From: Phycisphaeraceae bacterium
GTDB lineage: Bacteria > Planctomycetota > Phycisphaerae > Phycisphaerales > Zrk34
Assembly (NCBI GenBank): GCA_040905565.1
Contig: JBBDRF010000005.1
Coordinates: 32,001-96,000, forward strand
Direction of reading: 5' to 3'
Length of the DNA stretch: 64,000 bases
Below the pieces are notes generated by a model. That model did not search any database and was not told where the DNA came from. It saw only the letters and a list, made by a program, of their open reading frames with translations. A program made the translations under genes and the position numbers. Each line of letters starts with the position of its first letter. The first letter of the stretch is position 1. Of this stretch, positions 48,398-57,779 are shown one piece after another.

Positions 48398-49164
48398 CGT
48401 TGGTGAAGCTCCCCCAGTCGTTCGGCGGCGGCCTCTGCGGCACCGCTTTGTGGGGCGGCATCGATGGCTTGCGTCCATGCGGCACGGGCGGCGGCGGTCT
48501 CGCCTCGCCGCTGGAGATAGTTGCCGTGGTGGTACCAGACGGATGCCACCATCGCCGGCTCAAGATTCCCCCGCGCACTTCCCGCCCCCTCCTCCGCACG
48601 CCGCTTTAGCGCCTGCGCGAGGTACGCGAAATCCGCCTTCGCCTTGGCGTCGGCATTGAAGAACGCGGGCAACTGGGACGCCGTCACCGCGCGAAGCCAG
48701 CGCACCTCCAGATCATCCGGCGCAAGGGCGACCGCGCGATTCAACAGCGCCTCCCCCTCCTTCGCCAGCCGCCCCTTCTCCCACGGCAAAAATGCCTCGC
48801 GTGACTCGATAAACCTTACGCTCCCGGCATAAGCCAGCACCGTCGGCTCGTCCGCATGCTTCCGCAGCAGCGTGTTCCAGTGCGCCACCGCCTCCTGCGT
48901 CCAAGGCTCGGCCGGCCGCTGCATTCCGCCGAGGTACAACGCTCGGCCGTACTCAAGCAAATTGTTCAAATCGTCCGCATCATGCTGCACGGCCTGCTCC
49001 GCGCGGTCGATTCGGTCCTCCAGCGAACCGACCTGCCCCACCCGCTGCGGCCGTGGCTCTGCAGGGGTCTCCAAAGCCCCTACAGGAGCCGCGCAGCCCG
49101 CCGCCAACACAGCCGTGAGCATATAGGCTGCCGCTCGTAGCCCGTAGGTGCATGATTGTCTCAA
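48394..49164 (-). CDS. Helical (TPR-like) lipoprotein, divergent from the crt operon
   Basis: TTG start after GGAGG; lipobox LAAGC; TPR-like helices (LNRAVALAPDD, WYHHGNYLQRRG). Confidence 0.65.
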   Translation of the reverse strand: MRQSCTYGLRAAAYMLTAVLAAGCAAPVGALETPAEPRPQRVGQVGSLEDRIDRAEQAVQHDADDLNNLLEYGRALYLGGMQRPAEPWTQEAVAHWNTLLRKHADEPTVLAYAGSVRFIESREAFLPWEKGRLAKEGEALLNRAVALAPDDLEVRWLRAVTASQLPAFFNADAKAKADFAYLAQALKRRAEEGAGSARGNLEPAMVASVWYHHGNYLQRRGETAAARAAWTQAIDAAPQSGAAEAAAERLGELHQR

Positions 49165-49259
49165 GGTTCCAACCTCCAAGTTCACACTCCCAAGCGGATG
49201 CCTCACCACCCCGGCCAACCCATCACGCAGCAAAAGATTCTAGGCATTTAGTTTTTTTC

Positions 49260-49327
49260 TGAACTAAACGTTCAAAACGTTCACTTGGTGCCTATACTCG
49301 TCGGTGTGCAACTGGCACACGTGTTGC
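49260..49327 (+). promoter_or_regulatory. crt operon control region: palindrome, direct repeat, -10 box and sigma54 consensus
   Basis: TGAAC-N5-GTTCA (49260-49274); AAACGTTCA twice (49266-49283); TATACT (49293-49298); TGGCAC-N5-TTGC (49313-49327); GGAGG RBS at 49344. Confidence 0.55.
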
Positions 49328-49354
49328 CGCTGTTGCCCCTTCTGGAGGAAGACA

Positions 49355-50923
49355 ATGCCGAAGAGAGCGGTCGTGATCGGAGCGGGACCGGGCGGGCTTG
49401 CGTCGGCGATGTTGCTCGCGAAGGCGGGAATGCAGGTGACAGTGCTGGAGCGGATGGACAGCCCGGGCGGCCGCACCTCGACGATTCGGACGGAGACCGG
49501 CTACCGCTTCGACATGGGGCCGACCTTCTTCATCTACCCCGCTGTCCTGGAAGAGGTGTTCCGCCGGTGCGGGATGAGGCTTGAGGATCACGTGCAGATG
49601 GAGCGTTTGGACCCGCAGTATCGGCTGGTGTTCGAGGACGGCGGCGAACTGCTGGCCACGCCGAATGTGCAGCGGATGAAGCAGGCGATCGCCCGGCTTT
49701 GCCCTGCTGATGCCGACCAACTTGAGCGGTACCTCGCGGACAACCGCCGCAAGTTCGCCGCCTTCGAGCCGATCCTCCAAAAGCCGTTCAACGGATGGCG
49801 CGACTGCCTCTCGCTCGATCCGCGATCGTTGAAGCTGCTTCGGCCATGGTCCAGCGTCGACGGTGATCTCAAGCGTTACTTCAGCGATCCGCGGGTGAGG
49901 CTTGCGTTCTCCTTCCAGAGCAAATACCTCGGCATGTCGCCGTACCAGTGCCCGAGCCTGTTCACGATCCTTGCGTTCCTCGAATACGAACACGGCATTC
50001 ACCATCCGCGCGGCGGCTGCGGTGCGGTCAGTGACGCAATGGCCTCAGCGGCGACCACCCTCGGTGCAAGCGTGCGACTTGGCGAACCCGTCGAGGAGAT
50101 CGTCTTCACCGGCCGACGGGCCACCGCTGTCCGCACCGAGCGGGCCACCTACCCCTGCGATGCGTTAGTCGTCAACGCCGACTTTGCCAACACGATGCAC
50201 CACCTCGTCCCAGATCGCCTTCGCAAACGCTGGACCGATCGTAAGCTCGTAAAGAAGAAATACTCCTGCTCCACGTTCATGATGTACCTCGGCGTTGACC
50301 GTCGATACGAAGACCTCGCGCATCACACCGTCTTCCTTTCGCGCGACTATCAGCAGAACCTGCGGGAGATCGAGCAGAGCCACACGCTCTCGGCCAACCC
50401 TTCGATTTACGTTCACAACCCAAGCGCGACCGATCCGACGATGGCACCGGATGGGCACAGCGCGTTGTACGTCCTGGCGCCGGTGACGCATCAGCATGAG
50501 AACGTTGACTGGCAGCGGGACACCGCAAGCTTCCGCCAGACGGTGCTGCGGAAACTTGAACAACTGGGGCTGAACGATATTCAATCGCGCATTCGGCATG
50601 AGCAAATCTTCACACCGCGCGACTGGCAGCAACAGATGCAGATCTTTCGAGGGGCGACTTTTAACCTGGCGCACACGTTTCGTCAGATGCTGCACCTTCG
50701 GCCACGTAACCGGTTTGAGGATCTGGAGGGCGTTTACCTCGTCGGCGGCGGCACGCATCCGGGCTCGGGCCTGCCGGTGATCTACCAGTCGGCCCTGATC
50801 AGCACGGAACTGCTCACGAGTGACCTCGGGGTGGCGGTGGATTGGCAGACGCCTGCCTCGCCGGTGACGCCGCGCATGGTTGCGAAAGACGGCGGCACGC
50901 GCGTCGCGGAGGCGGTGGGATGA
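49355..50923 (+). CDS. crtN: CrtI-family desaturase, CrtN-like (C30 pathway)
   Basis: VIGAGPGGLASA, FDMGPTF, FQSKYLGMSP, YLVGGGTHPGSGLP. Confidence 0.8.
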   Translation: MPKRAVVIGAGPGGLASAMLLAKAGMQVTVLERMDSPGGRTSTIRTETGYRFDMGPTFFIYPAVLEEVFRRCGMRLEDHVQMERLDPQYRLVFEDGGELLATPNVQRMKQAIARLCPADADQLERYLADNRRKFAAFEPILQKPFNGWRDCLSLDPRSLKLLRPWSSVDGDLKRYFSDPRVRLAFSFQSKYLGMSPYQCPSLFTILAFLEYEHGIHHPRGGCGAVSDAMASAATTLGASVRLGEPVEEIVFTGRRATAVRTERATYPCDALVVNADFANTMHHLVPDRLRKRWTDRKLVKKKYSCSTFMMYLGVDRRYEDLAHHTVFLSRDYQQNLREIEQSHTLSANPSIYVHNPSATDPTMAPDGHSALYVLAPVTHQHENVDWQRDTASFRQTVLRKLEQLGLNDIQSRIRHEQIFTPRDWQQQMQIFRGATFNLAHTFRQMLHLRPRNRFEDLEGVYLVGGGTHPGSGLPVIYQSALISTELLTSDLGVAVDWQTPASPVTPRMVAKDGGTRVAEAVG

Positions 50924-52365
50924 ATCATGCCGTTGCGACGAACGATTTGAGCGAGGCGGTGCTCCGAGCGGCGGAGAGTCGCGAGCCGTGGGCGCAGACA
51001 CCTTTGGCCGAGCGGTTGGCGATGCTCAGCCGTATGCGACACGCCCTTGCTGCGGATGCTGGTCGTGTCGCGCGGCAGCTGACAGAGGCATTGCCACAGC
51101 GGCGCAGCGTCGCGGAGACGCTGGCGGCGGAGATCTTGCCGCTGCTCGAGGGCTGGCGTTTTCTGGAGCGGCGGGCAAAGCGTATTCTCCAGCCGCGACG
51201 TGTCGGAGCGCGTGGCCGCCCGCTTTGGCTGTACGGTTCCAAGGCGACCATCCATCGCGAGCCGAAGGGTACGGTTCTGGTGCTATGCCCGTTTAACTAT
51301 CCACTGCTGCTCGGCGGTGCGCCGCTGGGGCAGGCGCTGGCGGCAGGCAACACGGTGCTGCTCAAGCCTGGGCGACTCGGCGCGGAGGCAGCGGTCACAC
51401 TGGAGGGGCTGGCGCGGCAGGCGGGCGCGCCGCCGGGTGTCGTGCAGGTTCTCGACAACTCAATCGACGCGGGGCTCGGGGCGATCGACCTCGGCGTCGA
51501 TCACGTGGTGATGACCGGTTCGGCCGAGGCCGGCCGTTCCGTGATGCGTCGATGTGCTGAGCGTCTGACGCCGTTGACCATGGAGCTTTCGGGTTGTGAC
51601 GCGGTTTTCGTACAACGGGAGGCTGACATCGATCACGCGGTGCGATGCCTTGCGTTCGGTATCTCGATCAACAGCGGCGCTACGTGCATCGCGCCGCGCC
51701 GAGTGTGGGTGCATCGTTCACAATATGAGCCGTTCTGCCGAGCGATGGCCACGGCAGCGCACGCGATTGAACCGTTGCCAGCCGATGAAGCCGCAACGCA
51801 GAGGTTGATGCAGCTGACACGCGACGCCCTGCAGTCCGGGGCGCGTCAGCTGGCGGGCTCCATAACCAGCGACGGCCGTGTTCGCCCCATCGTGCTCGCG
51901 GACATCTCGCCGACCGACACACTCCTACACCGCGATGTGTTCGCCCCGGCCCTGTCGCTGGTGCCTGTGGATTCTGATGAGCAAGCGTTGCGGCTGGATC
52001 GCCGATGCCCGTATGCCTTGGGCGCCAGTGTTTTCGGCAAGCCCGCCGAAGCGGCGAAGCTCGCGCAGCAGGTCGATGCGGGGACAGTCACGGTGAACGA
52101 TCTGATCGTCCCCACGGCGGACCCGCGCCTCCCATTCGGCGGTCGTCGGCAAAGCGGGTTCGGCGTCACGCGTGGTGCTGAGGGACTGCTCGAACTGACG
52201 CGTGTGCGCACCGTGGTCCATCGGCCTGCCCGCTTTCAGCCTCACCTTCAGCCGACGCGCGAGAGCGATGCCGATCGGCTCGAAGCCCTCATTCAAGCCA
52301 ATCATCAATCGACATGGGCCCAGCGCGTGCAGGCGTGGCGAAAGCTGATCCGCCCTGGCTCCTGA
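50920..52365 (+). CDS. Aldehyde dehydrogenase (diapocarotenoid-aldehyde dehydrogenase AldH/CrtNc-like)
   Basis: PFNYPL, MELSGCD (catalytic Glu), NSGATC (catalytic Cys), PFGGRRQSGFG; lies between two crtI paralogs. Confidence 0.85.
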   Translation: MNHAVATNDLSEAVLRAAESREPWAQTPLAERLAMLSRMRHALAADAGRVARQLTEALPQRRSVAETLAAEILPLLEGWRFLERRAKRILQPRRVGARGRPLWLYGSKATIHREPKGTVLVLCPFNYPLLLGGAPLGQALAAGNTVLLKPGRLGAEAAVTLEGLARQAGAPPGVVQVLDNSIDAGLGAIDLGVDHVVMTGSAEAGRSVMRRCAERLTPLTMELSGCDAVFVQREADIDHAVRCLAFGISINSGATCIAPRRVWVHRSQYEPFCRAMATAAHAIEPLPADEAATQRLMQLTRDALQSGARQLAGSITSDGRVRPIVLADISPTDTLLHRDVFAPALSLVPVDSDEQALRLDRRCPYALGASVFGKPAEAAKLAQQVDAGTVTVNDLIVPTADPRLPFGGRRQSGFGVTRGAEGLLELTRVRTVVHRPARFQPHLQPTRESDADRLEALIQANHQSTWAQRVQAWRKLIRPGS

Positions 52366-52384
52366 TTCCCCCGAGGATACTTAA

Positions 52385-53992
52385 ATGACTGTCCCAATGA
52401 CCGCAGCCCCGAATCGAAACGACGACGTGCGTGACGCGGAAAGCATCATCGTGATCGGCGGCGGCCTCGCGGGCCTTGCGTCGGCCTGCACCCTCGCCGC
52501 CCGCGGCTATGCCGTGACGCTCCTTGAGAAGAACGCGTGGCTGGGCGGGAAGGCCGCTCCGCTTGCCGAGGCGGGGTTCCGCTTCGACATGGGCCCGACG
52601 ATTCTCACGATGCCGAAAATGTTACGCCGGATTTTCGCGGAAGCCGGCCGCGACATGAACGCCTCGCTCACGCTGCATCGGCTCGATCCGCAGTGGCGCT
52701 GCTTTTTTGATGATGGTGCGGTGCTCGACCTCCGCGAGCAGACGAAAACCATGCAGCAGGAACTCACACGCTTCGGCCTCGACGCCCGCCAGACCAGACA
52801 GTACGAAGCGTTCATCCGCTACGCCGAACGGCTGCACGATATCTCCGAGCGGTTCTTTTTCTACAAGCCGATCGGTTCCATCCGCGACATGATGGACCCC
52901 GGCCGCTCGTTTAACGCCCGCACGCTGAGCGACGTGATCAGCATGCGCATGGGCCACAGCGTGGCGGGCACGATCCGCAAGTACATCGGCGACGACCGCG
53001 TCGCACAGATGCTCGATCACATCACGCAATACGTCGGCTCCTCGCCTTACAACGCCCCCGCCATCCTGTGCGGCATCGCCAGCATGCAGGTCAACGAGGG
53101 CATCTGGTATCCGCAGGGCGGGACGCGGGCGGTGCCTGAAGCGCTGATCGATCTGGCGGTTTCGCTTGGCGTGGACCTGCGTACAGGTGTCGGCGTCGAC
53201 CGCATCCTCAGCAGCGGCGGGCGGGTGACGGGCGTGGTGACCGATGATGGCCAGACGCAGCCGTGCGCTGCGGTGGTGTCGAATATGGACGCGGTGCGCA
53301 CGATGCGGGAACTGGTAAACGGGCATAAGCATAACGGCGACCATCAGCTCGGCCGCGACGCCTACAGCGGCTACCAACCCGCGTGCAGCGGCGTCGTGCT
53401 GTACCTCGGACTCAGCGAGCGTTACGAGCATCTGGCGCATCACGACTTCGTTTTCAGCCGCGATCCGAAAGAGGAGTTCGACACCATCTATCGTCGTGGC
53501 GAGCCGGCCCCGGATCCCACCTGCTATCTCGCCGCCACCAGTTGCACTGATCCCGAAACCGCGCCGCCCGGCGGGGAAGCGTTATACGTTCTCGTGCACA
53601 CGCCCTACCTTCGGCCACACCACGACTGGCGGATGATGCTGCCTGACTACCGCGAGATCATTCTGGACAAACTGGAACGAACCGGCGGCCTTCGAGGGAT
53701 CCGCGATCGCATCGTGTTCGAGCGGACGCTGACGCCACAGGACATTCACGATCGCTACCGCGTTCTGAACGGCGCGATCTACGGCCTCGCCAGCCACGGG
53801 AAGTGGACGGGTGCGTTCAAACCGAGCAATCGCAGCAGCGCCTTGAAGGGGCTTTACCTCGCCGGCGGTGCAGCTCACCCCGGCCCGGGGATGCCGATGG
53901 TGCTGCAATCGGGTTGGATTGCAGCGGATGCTCTGGACCAGGACGGCGTCGCACAGCGTCATCGGGCGCCGGTCGTTCAGGCTGGAGGATGA
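52385..53992 (+). CDS. crtP: CrtI-family oxidase, CrtP/CrtNb-like
   Basis: IGGGLAGLASA, FDMGPTILTMP, QYVGSSP, GAIYG, HPGPGMPMVLQSG. Confidence 0.78.
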   Translation: MTVPMTAAPNRNDDVRDAESIIVIGGGLAGLASACTLAARGYAVTLLEKNAWLGGKAAPLAEAGFRFDMGPTILTMPKMLRRIFAEAGRDMNASLTLHRLDPQWRCFFDDGAVLDLREQTKTMQQELTRFGLDARQTRQYEAFIRYAERLHDISERFFFYKPIGSIRDMMDPGRSFNARTLSDVISMRMGHSVAGTIRKYIGDDRVAQMLDHITQYVGSSPYNAPAILCGIASMQVNEGIWYPQGGTRAVPEALIDLAVSLGVDLRTGVGVDRILSSGGRVTGVVTDDGQTQPCAAVVSNMDAVRTMRELVNGHKHNGDHQLGRDAYSGYQPACSGVVLYLGLSERYEHLAHHDFVFSRDPKEEFDTIYRRGEPAPDPTCYLAATSCTDPETAPPGGEALYVLVHTPYLRPHHDWRMMLPDYREIILDKLERTGGLRGIRDRIVFERTLTPQDIHDRYRVLNGAIYGLASHGKWTGAFKPSNRSSALKGLYLAGGAAHPGPGMPMVLQSGWIAADALDQDGVAQRHRAPVVQAGG

Positions 53993-54828
53993 ATGTGATG
54001 ACCGACGCGGATCGCAAGCAAGAGGGTGACCTGCCGCGGAACTCGCCGCGGCTGCTGTCGCTATTTGCGCGCTATGTGCGTCGGTACGTCGGCAAACATT
54101 TCAATGCAGTGCGTGTGCTGAGTGGCACCGAACCTGAATTGCCGAAGGATTCGCCCGTTGTGTTTTATGTGAATCATCCGGGGTGGTGGGATCCGCTGAT
54201 GATGATTCTGCTGGCGACGGCGCGTTACCCGGAGCGGCAGCACTATGCGCCATTCGATGCGGCCATGCTACGGAAGTACGCGTTCTTCGAGCGGCTGGGT
54301 TTCTTCGGTGTTGAACAGGAAACGCGGCGTGGCGCGGCTCGGCTCCTTCGCGCTGCCGATGCAATCATGCAGCAGCCCGGGGCGACACTGTGGATCACCG
54401 CGGAAGGAAGATTCACCGATGTGCGCGACCGGCCGATCGTTCTGCGTCCCGGTCTGGCGCACATTGCCAGGCGGATGCCGCACGGCTACATCGTCCCTCT
54501 CGCCCTCGAATACACGTTCTGGGAAGAAAGCACACCCGAGGCGCTCATCGCCTTCGGCGAGCCGATCGACGTCGCTCACGCCGATGCCGACCGCGATGTG
54601 GAAGTGTGGCAGGACCTCCTACAGCAGCGGCTTGAGCACGTGATGGCTCGCCTGGCCGAGGCGGCCTCTTCACGGCGGGCGGATGCCTTCGAACGCCTCA
54701 TTGCAGGCAGGCAGGGCGTGGGCGGAATCTACGACTTATGGCGGCGATTGAAGTTCTGGAGCCGCGGCCGACGCTTCGACCCCTCTCATTCAGGCCGACC
54801 GGCACCGGCGGAAGGACGCAAACCGTGA
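53989..54828 (+). CDS. PlsC-like acyltransferase (probable carotenoid glycoside acylation)
   Basis: NHPGWWD (HxxxxD), WITAEGRF, EYTFWEE; translationally coupled within the crt operon. Confidence 0.82.
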   Translation: MNVMTDADRKQEGDLPRNSPRLLSLFARYVRRYVGKHFNAVRVLSGTEPELPKDSPVVFYVNHPGWWDPLMMILLATARYPERQHYAPFDAAMLRKYAFFERLGFFGVEQETRRGAARLLRAADAIMQQPGATLWITAEGRFTDVRDRPIVLRPGLAHIARRMPHGYIVPLALEYTFWEESTPEALIAFGEPIDVAHADADRDVEVWQDLLQQRLEHVMARLAEAASSRRADAFERLIAGRQGVGGIYDLWRRLKFWSRGRRFDPSHSGRPAPAEGRKP

Positions 54829-55991
54829 TGAGTTGGATCGTCCTCAGCAGCCTCGTCTTCGTCCTCGCGGTCATCCCCGCGTCGATGATCGCCGTGAACC
54901 TCTTCTACTTCCGGCGCGCGCCGCAGTCGGGACCTGCCGAAGACGACGCCCCCCCCGCCGCCGTCTCGGTGCTTATCCCGGCTCGCAACGAAGCGGACAG
55001 CATCGGCGCGTGCCTTGAACATGTGCTTGCCAGCGAAGGCGTTGAGCTGGAAGTGATCGTCATGAACGACCGCTCGACTGATGCCACCGCCGAGGTGGTG
55101 CGCAAGATCGCCGCTGACGATGCGCGCGTCAAACTGCTCGACGCCCCCGCCCTGCCGCCGGGTTGGTGTGGCAAGCAGCACGCCTGCCACAACCTCGCGC
55201 AGCTCGCCCGGCACGACCGCTTGGTCTGGATTGATGCCGACGTTCGGCTGAGCCCCACGGCCCTCGCACGCACCGCTGCGTTCATGGCGCGAACCGGTGC
55301 CCCGCTCGTCAGCGGCTTTCCCCATCAGGTCTGCCGCACGTGGTCCGAAGCACTGGTCGTCCCGCTGATTCAGCTGGTGCTTCTGGGCTATCTGCCGCTG
55401 GGACAGATGCGAAAGAGCGTCTCGCCAAGTTTTGCTGCCGGTTGCGGCCAACTGTTCATGGCGGACCGCGCAACTTACGAGAAGCTCGGCGGACACGGCA
55501 CGATTCGCGCCACGCTGCACGACGGCATCATGCTCCCGCGCGCCTTTCGGCTGGCGGGACACCACACGGATGTGTTCGATGCTCAGGACATCGCACGCTG
55601 TCGCATGTACCACTCGCCTCGGACCGTGTGGGACGGCTTCGCCAAGAATGCCACGGAAGGCCTCGCCACGCCGATCGGGATCTGGGTGTGGACGTTGCTG
55701 CTGTTCGGCGGGCATGTGCTGCCCTGGCTTCACGCAGCGATTGTGCTGGCCGTCCAACCCGAAGCGGCGGCGGGCGGCGCGGGCATCGTCGCCGTGCTGA
55801 CCGCGTCGGCGGTGCTTCTTGCCGTCGCAAGCAACATGATGATTGGATGGCGTTTTCAGCAGCCCTGGATAAGCGTCCTGCTACGCCCCCTCGGCGTGAT
55901 GATCATGCTCGCCATTCAATGGTACGCCTACCTTCGCAACATGGTCGGTCAGCCCGTGAGCTGGCGCGGCCGAGACTATGCCGCCGAGTAA
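54828..55991 (+). CDS. crtQ: GT2 glycosyltransferase, CrtQ-like
   Basis: SVLIPARNE, DRSTD, GWCGKQHAC, IDADV, CRMY, C-terminal TM helices. Confidence 0.8.
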   Translation: MSWIVLSSLVFVLAVIPASMIAVNLFYFRRAPQSGPAEDDAPPAAVSVLIPARNEADSIGACLEHVLASEGVELEVIVMNDRSTDATAEVVRKIAADDARVKLLDAPALPPGWCGKQHACHNLAQLARHDRLVWIDADVRLSPTALARTAAFMARTGAPLVSGFPHQVCRTWSEALVVPLIQLVLLGYLPLGQMRKSVSPSFAAGCGQLFMADRATYEKLGGHGTIRATLHDGIMLPRAFRLAGHHTDVFDAQDIARCRMYHSPRTVWDGFAKNATEGLATPIGIWVWTLLLFGGHVLPWLHAAIVLAVQPEAAAGGAGIVAVLTASAVLLAVASNMMIGWRFQQPWISVLLRPLGVMIMLAIQWYAYLRNMVGQPVSWRGRDYAAE

Positions 55992-55997
55992 ACCATC

Positions 55998-56252
55998 ATG
56001 CGACACGAAACAACGTCCTCACCTCGCACCTGCAACATCGATTCACGCGGCCGAGCCGTTCGCCTCGTCTCCGGCATCCTTACGGTCCTCGTCGCGATCG
56101 GCCTCGCCATCGCCCTGCTCGTGGGGTATCTCGCATCACCGGCATGGTGGGCCTTGGCGCTCGGCGCCCTGATCGGCGGGGCCTTTCAGATTTACGAAGG
56201 ATGGGCCGGCTGGTGCGCCCTGCGTGCTATGGGCATCCGTACCCCGTTCTGA
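55998..56252 (+). CDS. Small two-TM membrane protein (DUF2892/YgaP-like)
   Basis: CNID..GRAVRL, two hydrophobic helices, GWCALRAMGIRT. Confidence 0.65.
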   Translation: MRHETTSSPRTCNIDSRGRAVRLVSGILTVLVAIGLAIALLVGYLASPAWWALALGALIGGAFQIYEGWAGWCALRAMGIRTPF

Positions 56253-56255
56253 GCA

Positions 56256-56810
56256 TCACGCCCCCGCCGCGCGACGAATGGTTATCGCTGAACCTAACTC
56301 GCCCCCAAGCAGATCGGACAGACAGCCTTGGCGATAAGCGAAAATCTCACGCACCCGCTGATTCACGAACAGCCGATGCACCAGGTGCCGCAGCGCCCTT
56401 GGGCCGCGGGTGAGGAATTGGACCCGATCGTACATGATGGTCTGCCCCCCTTCCTCAACGAGTCGATGTTCATGCACCCAGCAGCGGTACGGCCCCGCAA
56501 CCTGTTCATCCACGAACCGGTGCGGCGGCTGCCACTGTGTGATCCGCGTCAGCCAGTTGATGGGGACGTGATGCAGACGCAGGCGGTAGGCGATCTGCGC
56601 CCCTTCGCGCACGTCGATCGGCAACGGCGTCAGGATTCGAAAGTCCAGCCAAGGCGGCGTGATGCGGCCAAGGTTCGAGGGATCGCTGAAGAACTCGAAA
56701 AGCTCCCCACGCGACCGCGAGAACCGCTGCGAAGTTTCCAGCACGTAGCATTCGGGATCGATCGAGGGAGCCGGAGCGGCCTGACCCGTGTTGGCTTGTT
56801 TTCCTTTCAC
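56256..56810 (-). CDS. SRPBCC (START-like) family protein
   Basis: FEFFSDPSNLGRITPPWLDF, FVDEQVAGPYRCWVHEH, IFAYR. Confidence 0.88.
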   Translation of the reverse strand: MKGKQANTGQAAPAPSIDPECYVLETSQRFSRSRGELFEFFSDPSNLGRITPPWLDFRILTPLPIDVREGAQIAYRLRLHHVPINWLTRITQWQPPHRFVDEQVAGPYRCWVHEHRLVEEGGQTIMYDRVQFLTRGPRALRHLVHRLFVNQRVREIFAYRQGCLSDLLGGELGSAITIRRAAGA

Positions 56811-56866
56811 GCCTACATCCTATCCCTAGCGGCCGCACGATCCCGCACGGCGTGGAGGGCAGCGTG

Positions 56867-57775
56867 ATGCCCCACCTTTCGCCGAAACAGTTCGCACGAG
56901 CGATCGGCGTGAGCGAATCGTCGCTCAAACGCTGGAGCGACGCCGGCCGCATCATCGTCATGCGCACGCCGGGCGGCCACCGGCGCATCGAACAGCGCGA
57001 AGCGATCCGCTTCGTGCGTGAAGAAGGCATGCCCCTGACAGACCCAACCCTCCTCGGACTCAGCGACCTCGCCGGCGACGCCACGCAAAGCCTAGCCCAC
57101 CCAAATCCTGGTGACGCCCTGCGCGAAGCCGTCATTCGTGGCGACGCCGAGACCGTGCGATCGCTCGCACTGCTGATGTATCTGGACGGCTGGTCCGTCG
57201 TCGACATGTGCGACGGCCCGTTCGCCGAGGCCATGCATGAGGTCGGCGACCGATGGGCACACGATCCGCAGACAATTCACCTCGAGCACCGCGCCACGGA
57301 TGTCTGCCTTCAGGGCCTGGAACGATTGCGATCGATCATGCCTCCGCCCCCCGACGAGGCACCGCTTGCACTCGGCGGCGCCCCCGCAGGCGATCCATAC
57401 CTTCTGCCGTCGATGATGGCGGCGCTGGCCCTGGCCTCCGACAAATGGCGCACGATTAATCTTGGTCCAGATCTGCCGCTGGCAGCACTGGAGCGAGCGA
57501 TCGCGGAGCACAAACCGAAGCTGGTATGGCTGTCGGTGAGTTCCGAGACGGCGGGGCAGAATCTTGCGACGGAACTCACCACGCTGGCGGCAAAGCGCAT
57601 CCCGCAGGGGCCGGCGATCATCGTCGGCGGCCGAGCATGGCACCGGCCGAGACACGCGTTGCCTGGCATCAGCTCCGCCGCTTCCATGGCGGAACTGATC
57701 GCATTCGCCAACGGACTGAGGCAGGGCCCGGGCAACGCCGGCCGCCGCTCAAACATCCCGCCGATGATCCCGTGA
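56867..57775 (+). CDS. MerR-type HTH + cobalamin-binding-domain regulator (CarH/LitR-like, atypical)
   Basis: HTH: LSPKQFARAIGVSESSLKRW..RTPGGHRR; W-x9-EH (WAHDPQTIHLEH); Rossmann part GDPYLLPSMMAA..NLGPDLP..WLSVS..VGGRA. Confidence 0.85.
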   Translation: MPHLSPKQFARAIGVSESSLKRWSDAGRIIVMRTPGGHRRIEQREAIRFVREEGMPLTDPTLLGLSDLAGDATQSLAHPNPGDALREAVIRGDAETVRSLALLMYLDGWSVVDMCDGPFAEAMHEVGDRWAHDPQTIHLEHRATDVCLQGLERLRSIMPPPPDEAPLALGGAPAGDPYLLPSMMAALALASDKWRTINLGPDLPLAALERAIAEHKPKLVWLSVSSETAGQNLATELTTLAAKRIPQGPAIIVGGRAWHRPRHALPGISSAASMAELIAFANGLRQGPGNAGRRSNIPPMIP

Positions 57776-57779
57776 GCCT

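Noticed and set aside
49260..49283. GAAC/GTTC repeats as a LexA (SOS) box
   Set aside because: Spacing is N5, matching neither GAAC-N4-GTTC nor GTTC-N7-GTTC.
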